64,000 nucleotides of DNA from Cycas panzhihuaensis. Its lineage: Eukaryota > Plantae > Cycadophyta. Positions within the stretch are counted from its first letter, which is position 1; each line of letters starts with the position of its first letter. A program made the translations under genes and the position numbers. The stretch spans positions 151,349,741-151,413,740 of the forward strand of contig CM041465.1 of NCBI GenBank assembly GCA_023213395.1. The letters are read 5' to 3'. Below the pieces are notes generated by a model, which ran no database searches, was not told the origin of the DNA, and saw nothing but the letters and a program-made list of their open reading frames with translations. This document shows, piece by piece, positions 1 to 12,084 of the stretch.

Positions 1-309
1 GGGAGAAAACTTTATTGGGTTGACCTAGTCAAGACGTTATACTTCACAAGGAGAAGGAAACCATGATTAGATGGGGAGTACGATTGGGAATTCTCTTGGA
101 GTTAGCAGAAATCCACCACTACTTGGAAGTGGAATGAATGTGGGTAGTAGTAGCCCACTACAGGGGACATCATTACATACATTGATGGGAGGTGGCAACA
201 ACTAACCACCAGTCACTAGTGCGAGCACAGCAGGGGGATTGATGGCAAGAGGATCAAGACAAGGAGGCTCAACCAAAAATGTGGTAAGTGGAGCATAGTC
301 AATAGCCCC

Positions 310-1470
310 CTATGTAATTATACAAAATGATGTTGCTTTTGGCAATTTGTAGTTCGATGGATTTGGAGACCCAAGAGACCACCTAGCATTGTTCACGAAC
401 GTGTTGAAAATAAAAAGGATCTAAGATCAAAAGGAGATTAAAGCCAGATTCTTCTCAACATTGGGGAGAGTTGCAATATCCTAGGATCAATATGTCACTA
501 CACAGAATCTAACATGGGATCAGATTCAGATCCAATTCTTAGATCGGTTCCAGAGGCTGCGGGATCCTTTGGCCATATTCCAAGCCTTGGAGGAGATTTG
601 TCAATTCCAAGGGGAATCTGTAAGTGATTTTCATGGCAGATTAAGAATAATCATGAATAAAATGGATTTGACAACTCCAATCAACTCCACACTTGCGTTG
701 AAGTACTTCGTTCAAGGATTAGTGTCATAGTTGAAGGAAAAAGTGATGTTACAACCTATGAATAGTTACAAGAACTGGTGTTAAAATTTGAAAACCAAAT
801 GAAGATGGAAGATCTGTAGCCAACAATGCAGATAGGTCTAATGGGAACTAGTTTTCAATCATTTGGAGTACAAATACAACAACCAGGAGCAAACTGGCAA
901 CAAGGAATAAACTTTCAAGGTGCACAACCCCAACTGTTAGGACTTAATATGCAACATATACCCCAAATGGGAACAAACTCAGAATTGGAGAGGAAGGAAG
1001 TGGAGGCTCTAAAACAACAGCCATCAGTTTCAATGCTAGTAGCATTACAACAAAGTTACGAAATTGAAAAGCTGAGAAAGGAATTGGCCCATCTTCGAAT
1101 AGACAAAAGCAAGGATAATGTACCCTGTCGTCAACTAGGCCACTTGCGGAATGAGCATCAAGAAATACCCATCATGAAATGGTCTAAAATTTTTCGAAGG
1201 AACAACCATAATACTTGGGAGTGTTATTATTGGTCACCAAACAAAGGACAAGGATGCAAATTAGAGGTAAGGGACTCCTTTTACTAGAGAATGGACTACA
1301 ATTCCTTTAAACAATACAAGGGGAGAACAAAACCCATCAGATGCCATTTGTGTTCGAGATGGGGCCACTTTCATTTAGATTGCCCCTTGGAGAAAAAAGG
1401 TGGTGAGTATATTTGTGAGAAATGTGGACTGATAGACCATGAATGGGTGAATTGTTCGAAGAACCCCAAT
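310..1470 (+). pseudogene. gag: gag of A (capsid plus up to three CCHC zinc knuckles)
   Basis: Manual translation FDGFGDPRDHLALF...LTWDQIQIQFLDRF...QFQGESVSDFHGRL...YFVQGL. Knuckles CHLCSRWGHFHLDC, CEKCGLIDHEWVNC and degenerate ...RRNNHNTWEC. In-frame stops. Confidence 0.85.
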
Positions 1471-1899
1471 ACCAACATCCAAAATTCAAATTTGGTGGCC
1501 AAGATTCTTAATCAAGAGATGTCATCCTATTTGCAAACACAGAGCAGAAAGGCTACAACAACTCCAGTTGTACAAAATTTTCTAGACCTAACTATGGAAA
1601 AGGAGTGGCTCCAAAAAGTAGTAAAAGCCTTGCAAAATGCAATGAAAATAGTGCAATAGGAAGAAATATAGCAAGGTAATAGATTTAAAGGGCATACATA
1701 CAAAAGGAGAACAATTTTTCAAGAACAAGATGAAGTATCAAGACTGAATCCTTGGCAAAGATTACAAATAGTAAAGGATCTACTAATAGAATTGCGAATC
1801 ACCATCCCAATTGTGGTGGTATTTAATTGGTAGGAAGGTGGGTATTTCAAGCAAGTGATTTTGGACCACATTGAAAAGCTAGTGTTGAGGGCTTTAAAA

Positions 1900-2300
1900 A
1901 CAGATGTAGTCGATCCTCGAGTTGTGATGAACATTTTTGGAAGGACCATCTGCAAAACCATTGTAGATGGGGGGTCAGGGGTGAACATTCTACCAAAAGC
2001 CTCATGGAATTTACTGGGAAGGCCAAAAGTAGTTGCCCTAGATTTATTCTATAAGGTTGGTGAACTAGTTTCAAGTAAGGCCAATGGGCACATTAATGAA
2101 TGTACCTATGATAGTAGCAGGAATCACGGTATTGTTGGATTTTGTAGTGGTCATGATGCAAAATCACTAGAAGACATTTCCAACATTAGTGGGGAGACCA
2201 TAGATGTTGGCCATAGAAGCCATTCAAGACTGGGGCAAATTAACATTCACCTTGATTTTAGCATGGAAAAAGGTGACTACCGTTTTGTTTAGATGGACCC
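1900..2300 (+). pseudogene. Aspartic protease of A
   Basis: IVDGGSGVNILP motif in ORF 1855..2292. Confidence 0.85.
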
Positions 2301-2679
2301 CAAATTGAAAGGGTTGAAGAAAAAGACAAAGCCTCCTCCACAATGGCAGTGTCAACACCCACCATAAGTCCCTGTTCAAAGATGACCTACCAAGCAATCC
2401 TAACTGATTCATCTTCCACATATATGCTCAATTGGTTATAGTATGTGTGGGAAGAGACAGAGACAACAAACTGCTACCACTTGGAGATGTGTCACGATTC
2501 ATCTTTAAATGAAGATGAAGCAAACTTCAACATGGACGAAGAACAACAAATAGAAAATTCAAAAGTAAGCTAGGTGAACCTATTCAACGAAAAGGCAGTC
2601 CTGATCAAACAAGAAGAAAAGTTAGTAGAGGTCCAATTACAAACAACCAATGGTAATTCCAAATTATTTTCAGAAGTTC

Positions 2680-3120
2680 TTGAAGAATTGCCTTAGTTTT
2701 AGGGAATGGAAGATGTTGCAAATGCTCACTTAGAACAATATATCAACACTTTAAAGAATCAATGGCAAGAAAAAATTTGGATGTATATTTTTCTTCTATC
2801 TCTCTCCAGCCAAGCTTTTGCTTGGTACCCGGCACACAATACACCACTACAAAACTAGGAAATAATGAAAAAAGCATTTCAAATTAGATTCCAAAGACAG
2901 AATAATGAACTGCCTAAATTTTTTAATGAAGGAAATCCAAAAAAACATATTCAAAATTGCATCAAAATATAGGAGGCTAAATAGATACCAAAATGGGAAT
3001 GGACCCAACATTGGGCCAATACTGTGATAGATATCAGTTAAATCTAGTATCAATACTATGAAAAAGTGCAAAGGGTTGAATGGGATGCATTAACAATAGG
3101 CTTTGTTAACACTTTTTCTT
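2680..3120 (+). pseudogene. Two tandem Gag-capsid-like repeats between PR and RT of A
   Basis: Manual translation ELP*F*GMEDVANAHLEQY...IFLLSLSSQAFAWY...N*EIMKKAFQIRF, then ELPKFFNEGNPKKHIQNC...WEWTQHWANTV...EWDALTIGFVNTF. Homologous to ORF 49941..50327 in B. Confidence 0.65.
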
Positions 3121-3389
3121 GTCACAGTCCATAGGCCAGGATACAGTTGGTCCTTTAGCCATAAAGGAAAAAATGCAAACTCCCATAGCAAAACGTTTTC
3201 AAGCAGAAGCCATTGATGATGGACAAAGGGTAGAACTAGAACATTTATCAAACAAAGATAGTTAGGAGGAATTGAAAATTTTTCCTTCATCCTATTCTGC
3301 ATTGGAATTTGGAGAGAGGCAAATAAGTCAATTCCCAGTGCATGTATTACAACCAAATGGGAAATTGGTGCAAGGCGAAGAATTGAAAC

Positions 3390-4830
3390 TACAAAAGATC
3401 AACATTGGCATGGAGGAGGAACCCAAATATGTCACCATGGGTGACTATTAGGATTAGGAAATGGTGAACCAAGTGACAACACTCTTTGTGGAATATAAAG
3501 ATGTGTTTGCTGGTCCTATAAGGACCTAAAGGGAATTTCCCCTGAGTTGGGTGAACATTGGATTGAGTTAATGGAAGGTGCCAAACCAGTTCAACAAAGT
3601 CCTTATAGAATGAATCCAAAATACAAGGAGTAATTCAAAGCCAAGTTGGACAAATTATTGGAAGCAAGATATATCTTTGAAGTAGAAAACAATGAATGGT
3701 TTAGCCCAGTAGTGATTGTTCCCAAAAGGAACGGGAAATTGTGTGTTTGTGTAAACTATAGAGCACTAAATAAAGTCATAAAACATGATCTATTTCCCAT
3801 ACCTTTCACAGAAAATATCCTTGAAAAGGTGGCAGGGCACGAGGTGTTCTCGTTCACTAGTGGATTCAATGGATACAATAAAGTTCAAATTGCCCCAGAA
3901 GATTAATTGAAGACTACTTTTGTCATAGAGTGGGGTACGTACGTATATAGAGTGATGCCATTCGGCCTAACAATACCAACCACCGTCCAGTAGGTGATAT
4001 TAAATATTTTTTGGTAGACCATAGGGAAAACTATTGAAGTTCTTTTAGATGATTGGACATTGTATACTTTACTGGAAAATCATTTGAGTAATTTAAGACT
4101 GATGTTTGGAATCTATAGAAGGAACAATTTGTGCTTGAATCCAGAAAAGTGTACCTTTATGGTACCTTTTGGCTCATTGTTGGGTTACATTGTGACAAAG
4201 AAGGGACTCATAAATCTAGCCAAAGTTGTAGTTATCCTCAACTTTCCAGTGCCCAAGTCTGCAAAGAATCTGAAGGGATTCCTACACATGACAAGATATT
4301 ATCGTAAGTTCATTCAAGAATATGCCATGATTGCCAACCCTCTCGAATCCCTGCTCAAGAAGACAATAGTGTGGGAATGGACATTGGAACAACAATTGGC
4401 ATTTGATTTGTTGAAGAAGAAGGTGGCACAAGTGCCAGTACTTCAATTTCTCAATTGGGAAAAACTTTTCCACGTACATGTAGATGCATCGCTACATGCA
4501 ATTGGTTGTGTATTGGCTCAACTAGGAGAAGGGGATGTTGATCTTCTGGTATATTTTGTTACTAGGAATCTCATGCAAGCAGAGCAGAATTACTCTATTA
4601 TGGAATGAGAAGGGCTCAAAATGGTCTATGCTTTGCAGAAGTTTCGACATTATCTACTAGCTAATCCTTCTTTTTGTGTTCTTTGTAGACCACCAAGCAT
4701 TGCAGTATTTGATGAACAAACCAATCTTGTAGGGGAGGATTAGCGGTTGGTTGATGTTATTTCAAGAATTTACATTCAAAATAATTGTAAAGAATGGTAA
4801 GAAACACATTATTCTAGATCAACTATCCAA
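3390..4830 (+). pseudogene. pol: Reverse transcriptase and RNase H of A
   Basis: WFSPVVIVPKRNGKLCVCVNYRALNK, VLLDDW (YxDD site), FHVHVDASLHAIGCVL; frameshifts and stops. Confidence 0.92.
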
Positions 4831-5019
4831 AATTGAGGAAGGCAAAAATGCAATAGAGATAAGGGCTAATTTCCTCGATCATAAGTTATTCGCAATTGAG
4901 GTGGTGCCAACCTGGTACGAGGGAGTTGCAGAATACTTAACAATGGGACAGACAACAATCAGGCTAGATTGAGCAGAGTAGAAAAGCTTTATTAGGAAAG
5001 CTTTTCCATTTCAGTTAGT

Positions 5020-6165
5020 ACATGGAATGTTATACAAATTAGGCCTAGATGAAGTTTTACATAGATGCATTTTAGAGCATGAAGTGCAAGGTGTCTTGAG
5101 GGAATCTCATAAAGGAGTGACATCCAGTCACCATGGAAGTGAAAGCACCACTCAAAAATTTTTGTTGGTAGGCTTATGGTGGCCTATGTTATTTGAAGAT
5201 GTTGACTAGTGGGTGAAATCTTGTGATGTTTGTTAACGGGTAGGAAAACTTTCAAAACAACACTTTCTGTCATTACATCCAAGCTTGGCTAGAGCTCCAT
5301 TCGAGAAATGGGGACTAGATTTTATTGGTCCAATTAACCCAGTTATGCAAAGAACAAATGCCGAGTGCATCCTAGTAGCGATTAATTTTGTGACTAAATG
5401 GACAGAGGCTAAGCCTATGAAATAGTGTGATGCAAGGAGCACTGACAGGTTTCTATATGAGGTAATCATTATTCGGCGCAGTTGCCCATTGGAGATAGTA
5501 TCATATTAGGGAGGTAGTTTCTTGAACCAAACCATCAAACACCTGACAATTGAGTTTTGGATACAACATTGTAAATCTTCACCATATTACCCATAAGCAA
5601 ATGGTCAGGTAGAAAATACAAATAAAATCCTAAAGCTAGCATTAATGAAAATTTGTAATGCAAGATGCATAGATTGGGTATAGAGACTACATTTAGTACT
5701 TTGGGTAGATCGAACGACAAGGAAATGACCTCACAAGTAGACACCATTTTAGCTAGTGTATGGGTTAGAAGCCATAGTTCCCTTTGAATTTTAGGATGAA
5801 AGCATTTGAGTAGTTAATTAGCTACATTTAGGGGAAGGAGAATCACACGATCAAGCTTCTTATGTAGCTAATGAAACTAGATGAGGAACACGCTAGAGTG
5901 TTATGGGAATTGAAAATTGAGAAGGCAAGAAGGAAAGCATGGCATGATAGGCATTTATGGAAACCGTAATACTAGGTTGGGGATCTTATCCTCCTATATG
6001 ACGACAAATTTTGAATAAAACTAGGCAAGATGAAATTACGGTGGTTAGGACCATACAAAGTTAATCACATAGGATCAAATGGAGTAGTTTAGATTGAATA
6101 GTTAGATGGAAAAATATTGACCAAATTTGTCAATGGCAGTAGATTGGAGTGGTATAGATATTTAA
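5020..6165 (+). pseudogene. Integrase of A
   Basis: HHCC zinc finger (ESH...HHG...CDVC), PFEKWGLDFIGPI core, WLGPYKV (GPY/F) motif. Confidence 0.9.
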
Positions 6166-6419
6166 GTAAAAAAAGGGGGACATGAACTAAGGGAACGAGA
6201 TTCTTTTGCAAATAGGTCTTACGAAGCAACCGAGGACATAATTGCAATAGAAAGATGAACCAACAAGATGATATGGCATGCACAAAAGGTGAGAAGACGA
6301 TTGCCAGTCATTATCATTCTGAGTAATCATAATAGAAAGGCATATTCTTTTCAATTATTGTGGCAATTAAGGCACACGATCTTTTATGGTTATTTGAATT
6401 CTTCAAAAATAACAAAGAA

Positions 6420-8220
6420 GCATAATGAACATTGTAGAGGAGGTGATAGAACAATGGTAGTTATGGATGTTTTGCAAGCAAATGTGTGCTTTAGGGAATG
6501 CAACGACGTCCAAATTCGAAATGAATGGAAAGTAATGATAGCTCAAGATGCAAGGAAAATCGCTATTATATCTGTTGGATTTGAACAACAGATTAGTATT
6601 GCATCCCTACCCATCATTCCTAAATTTCTTTTACCTGTTGTGTAAATTGTTGCCTTGCAACCTTCTATTTTGGATTTTTTTGCAGAAGCAATTGCTCGAG
6701 TATTGGGACTTCTAGTCGAAGGTGAAGAAGTGCCAAGGGATAAGTAGATTGCCCGGAGGGATGCAACACATGAATTGGGCATAGATGCAACAGAAGTCTT
6801 AGGGCTTAGCATCAAAATTTCAGGAATTCACTCAAAAATAACCAAGTGGATTGTGTACTTCTTATTCATTAAGATGATTCTAGTGCAAAAGAATTTGCAT
6901 GTACCAACAAACCTAAGATCAATGCTGATACAAGTCACAAAGGGAGAAAAGTTTAATTGGGCAAAATTTCTCTAAGAGAAATTCCAACAAAATTTAATGA
7001 AAATTCAACATCTAGGACAAACAGTGAATTTTTTCTAGCCAACCTTTCTTCAAGGGTTAATCTTTGTCTAATGTCAAGGAGCTTGACTACCAATACTAGA
7101 GCCAAGACAATCTCCATTGGCCATGTGGACAAAGCATTTCAATCGAGGGAATACGGATTCAACAGAATTTTGTCAAATTGTAAAGGCACAAGACGTTGCT
7201 AAAGCATGGATTCAACAACAATGGTAGCAAGTGACATCCTCTCCCCCTAGGGATATAGTGCAAGAGGAAGAAAAAGATCCAGAAATGCAAGAAGTGGAGA
7301 CCTCACAGGAAACAGAAGAAAGTTGGAAATAACAGAAGGCAAAAGGATTATGACAATAGAAATACAGATAGAGGTAGACATACAAAAGGGAGAGGAAGCA
7401 CGACCTACTACTAGTGATAAAGTTATGCACACAAGCTAAAGGGAATCCATCTCTCAAGAGACATTGAGAAAGGAGGTTGTGAGGAAAAGGAAAAGGGAGT
7501 TAGTGGAAGAAAATATTATAAGAGCCTGAGGAAATTGAATTTTCCTAAGAGGATGATGCCTTTGAAAATGGGCTTAACCTGATGATGTGCAACTCATAGA
7601 ATGTTTCCAACTGGAAGACATATTTCCTGGTGAGCATGACGTGGAAATTAGTGACAGAATTGGAAGGGCGAGTCAAGAAACCAATATCGAATCAAATGGA
7701 ACAATTGAAAGAACAATTGTATGAGGCTCAACAAAAAATAACTATTGTGGAAGATAAGTTGGAATTCTTATGTAGGTTTATTTCAGATTGGGTTGATGAC
7801 ATTTCAGATGTACAAGATTAGATGGAAAGATTCAAGGAAACTTTTTCCTTGTAAATTCTGGATGGACTGGAAGAAGTCATACATAAATTAGGAGCATGGA
7901 TATTTAAGACTAATAAGGATGCCAAGCAATGTCAGAAATTAGTTGGAAAATTTCAAAACTTATAGAGAGAAGTCATAGACACACAAAATCTTACAACAAA
8001 TGTATATGATGATATAACCAAATTGCAGATAGGCAAACTTCTGAATATGAAGCAGTTGAAAGCTCCGCAAGATGTTCTCATTTGATATGACTTTATTTGT
8101 TTGAAAGGCTAGATAACCTCGTCTAATATCATATGGCCTGATTCGACATATCTAAAGCCAGAAATTACAAAATTCAAACAGGCAAGGGAAGAGGCTCATA
8201 GAGAAGGACAATCCTCCAGA
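6420..8220 (+). pseudogene. Extra sense-strand ORF 3' of integrase (Athila env-like/PMD-like position)
   Basis: Fragments VPTNLRSMLIQVTKGEKFNWAKFL, a charged linker and coiled-coil LVTELEGRVKK...LKEQLYEAQQKI. Homologous decayed ORFs in B and I. Confidence 0.6.
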
Positions 8221-8314
8221 TGACCGTAATTCAAAATTTTGGTGGGTAGAAATAGGGAAAATTTTTGAATTTTTGGTCGAGTGAGGGCACTCAACAGAGT
8301 GGTGCTGGGAGAGA

Positions 8315-8900
8315 TGTGTATGGCAAGGTACAAACAAAAGACAAATTGCAATTAGTAGGGGAAAACAAAGTCTAGATTACAATCACAAATTGTAAATAGG
8401 ACCCAGGTTGCAACCATAGATTGCAAACAGAACCTAGGTTGCAACCACAAATTGTAAATAGAACCCAGGTTGGAACCATAGATTGCAAGCATGGCCTAGA
8501 TCACACCTAGAGATTACAACTAGTTAATGGATTGTAATCTAAACAAATATTAAAAGAAGTTTATAGATTAATCATAGTGATTAAGTAGTCGATTAAAAGA
8601 GCGGTTGCACCTGCAATTGTACAAAGATGTAATTATTTTATGTTGTGGTATCATAGATTTAGGAACTTTCTTATCTTCTTGTTGTATGGCTTTAGCCGAG
8701 TTTGTCCTTGTTCAATTCTTGGTTTGTATTGTTCTTGGGATTACGTCTAGTTGTGAAAGAACCAAATGTAGTCACCTATTTGATTAATACAAACAGATGG
8801 TTCATGTTCAAACCTGTGCATTTTTTGTATATTAAGAGTTGTGTTTCTATATCTCTTATATGAAAGAATGTTGCTAGTTGCTTAGGAATAACGGAACACA
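8315..8900 (+). repeat. 3' LTR of A
   Basis: Starts TGTGT right after the PPT, ends AACACA; internal similarity to B LTRs. Right boundary inferred by analogy with B. Confidence 0.7.
8380..8520 (+). repeat. ~31-bp tandem repeats with GGTTGCAACC cores in the LTR of A
   Basis: acccaggttgcaaccatagattgcaaacaga / acctaggttgcaaccacaaattgtaaataga / acccaggttggaaccatagattgcaagc. Confidence 0.85.
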
Positions 8901-11035
8901 CCTTGCTTTTCTGCTTTATTCTTTTTATTCTTTCCTAGCACTTTCATTAAATGAGGACTGGTCTTACTCTGATCATAACATAACAGGGCCTATTGTGGTA
9001 GAGTTGATGCTCTAATGTACGATGAGTAGACAAGTGAGCCCATTGTACTTCATTGTGATCTAATGCAAGATTATTCCTTATATCACTTGTGCAGTTGTGT
9101 TTGATTCTTGCTACTCTTGTAACTTGTTAGTCATTGTTCTCATTATCTCATTTTCTCAATATGGTATCAGAGCATGTGGCTCATTAAATGCATCTTTTCT
9201 AATTTTCTTCATGCATTTCAATTTGTATGCGTGTTTTTATATAGTGCAAATCTCATTTGGTTATTCTTGCTACTTTTAAATCGAAACCACTTGGGTTTTC
9301 TATATTGGAAGGGCACCATTTTTGTTGCAAGGTCATTTTGGGCAACATTGGGCACTTCAAATCTGTGATATCTGTAGCTCTTTCACTCATGGTTTGTTGC
9401 CAACACATTTAAAGTTGTTTTGGCACTAATTTCTACTTTTGGAACAAGTTATTTTTGTCAGATTTTGCCTCAAAAAGCCAAGAAAGAGGACAACCCTTTA
9501 AACCCCATTTTTCACTCAATTTTTGCAAAAATTAAGTTGTTTTTCCTTTGATTTTTGGTGTAGCAATGTAGATCACATAGATAACAAGTAGATCTAGCTT
9601 TCAAACAAAGAAATTAGCTTTAAAATTAATCACAAACGGTTGTACTACCTCTATGAACTCATGTGAGCATGCGCAAACGAAAATTTTATGCTGGTGGCTA
9701 AAATTTTTCATCGTAGGTCTATTGATTTATTATATTTTTCACTTTTAAGTGAAATTTAATTACTTTTGAATCAATTTGACATCCGCACTTTATGAATTAA
9801 GCCTCCAGTCATATGTAGTGAGGGGTTTAGTCACCAGAAAGGGGTTAAACATTGTAATTCACTTGTTTCTTGTCTATTTGCTGTGATTTCAGTCTCCAAC
9901 ATCTTGTTTTTAGTTGTATTATCATTCTATGGTCCAAAATTGTATTTAGACCTTACAGCCACTGAGTTTCTTTGTAAACTCACGCTTGCAATCTTGGTTT
10001 TGTTGCACCTTTCTCACCATGTTGAATGTGAACATAGCTAGTTATGTCTTATCAGATGCATAAAAACTAAATGGTAAGAACTATGTAATTTGGAAATTTA
10101 AAATTTTCAATATTTTGGCACTGAAAAAGTTGATGAAAATAGTTGAAGGCAAGAAACTGAAACCAATTCTAGTGTCCCCTCAAGTTGCAACTGGATCTAC
10201 ATTGTCGACTTCAACTACCACAACTAAGGATGTGGAAGGTTGGGAAGATCAAGACAGAGAGGCATTAGCAATCATCGAACTTTCTGTTGATGATGAACTT
10301 ATCACTCATCTTCAAGGCAAGACTTCGTCTGCAGATGCATGGCAAACTCTTAATGAGACCAACAAGAAATCTACCCCCTTAACTATTGCTGATGAAAAGA
10401 CCTTTGTGTTTAGTGTTATTTCTGGCACTAATGGTACCTGGTACATAGACTTTGGTGTCTCAAACCACATCACTTTCCATAAAGAGTGGTTTAATGAACT
10501 CAAAGATGGATGTAATCAAACCATTGTTCTAGGTGATGACAGTCAACACAGTTTAGTCACAAAATCAAGATCTCTAATGTGTTGTATGTAGCTTCTTTTA
10601 AGCATAACTTGCTCTTTGTAAGTTGTGCAACTAAACTTAACTTGAAGGTTGTGTTTGACATCATCAAATGTGTCATTAAGGATGGCAATTTTGTAATAGC
10701 TCAAGGAGTTGAAGAGAATGGTGTATATAAATTCTATGGCTCACCTGAGTATAGTGTTGTTGCAAGCTCATCTAATACATCATGGCTTGACCGCTTCGGT
10801 CATCTATATTACCACAGTTTTCAGTTGTTGAACAAGTTGCAATGGCACATGATCTACCTTTTGCACAAAATGGTAACAAAATCTGCAGTACATTTGCTCT
10901 AGGGAAATAACATAGAAAAAAATTTGTCAAAGTCCACTTGGCGGGTGAAGGACAAATTAGGATTGGTTCATTTTGACTTGTATGGACCAATCACACCAAT
11001 CTCACTTAGGAGAGCTAAATACTCCATGGTTATTG
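8901..11035 (+). mobile_element. Truncated Ty1/Copia remnant (LTR end, PBS, internally deleted gag, PR, start of integrase)
   Basis: PBS TGGTATCAGAGC 9162-9173. KLNGKNYVIWKF and WEDQDREALAIIELSVDD (gag), WYIDFGVSNH (PR), LGLVHFDLYGP (INT). Ends abruptly. Confidence 0.85.
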
Positions 11036-12084
11036 CCTATTTGAAACTACCTCTTGTGATAGTTCGGTATGCCTTAGAGGGGGCACCATTGGTCTTACTT
11101 GTTCAGGGTGGCATAATACAAGAGGAAGTCACAGGAACGCTCGGATAGAGAAAATCCTATAGTGGATTTTCTAAATCTTGTTGAGCGATCCTAGAGTCAA
11201 ATGCCAAAATCTCAATGATCCTAGGAATAATTCTTTTGTTGATCAATGTTTGGTTCTACTTGGGCTAAAACTTCAAGGCAAAGATCATAGATGACTTTGA
11301 AATACCAAAATGCATTGAACCACCATAGTTAATTCTTTACTAACAACATCTATCACCAGTTATAAGAGAAGCATAAATAAAAATAGATGACTTTAATTTG
11401 GTAGCATTATGGACCTGAAAGAAAATAAACCCACACATAGCCAAATAGACTTAACTTATGTTTTTATGGTTTTCAATAACAGATGTCATGCAACATGCCT
11501 TGAAGAAACAAAGTCACCAGAAACTACACATCTTACATTAGACTTAGGAACCCATAGTATTTCCATACAATCATTTGCCCTTGCATTTATTAGAACATCT
11601 TCTTAACAAAACAAAAGACAAAATGACTGGATACAAATTAAAGTTCCAATTGTAAAAAATAAGGTATAAAAGACATACTTAAAGCAAATGTGCTACCCAA
11701 TATAGTCTTATAGTATCGATCAATACAAATTCACAACAAGATTAAAGCCCCTTTAGTAGCAAAGTGCTTACCAATGGTGTCTTAAAATTTCAAATGTATA
11801 ATTATCATTCATAAAAGACTCCTCCTATAGAATTGCATTTGAAGTTTTTAGCACTTTCGCATATAATCTTTCCCTTTACAACCCAAGAGTTCTTTAAAAA
11901 ACTTGTGTTGAAAAGTTTAAATAGCAATATGCTTAAAAATTTCTCCTCTTTATCTTCTAGCCTCCTTCCTATTATAGGGAAAAGGTTTGTCCTCTTTCCT
12001 AATTATTGTACAGAGGACGTCCAATTCAACGTGCAGGTGGCTGTAGCCAACATCATGGTATGACAATTGCCAAAATCTCCAAAA

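Larger units (their letters stand above)
1..8900 (+). mobile_element. Element A: decayed Ty3/Gypsy non-chromovirus (Athila-like) LTR retrotransposon; 5' end lies outside the window
   Basis: Order gag-PR-RT-RH-INT, an extra 3' ORF, PPT GGGAGAGA at 8307-8314, then an LTR TG...CA. No chromodomain seen. Homologous to element B. Confidence 0.9.
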
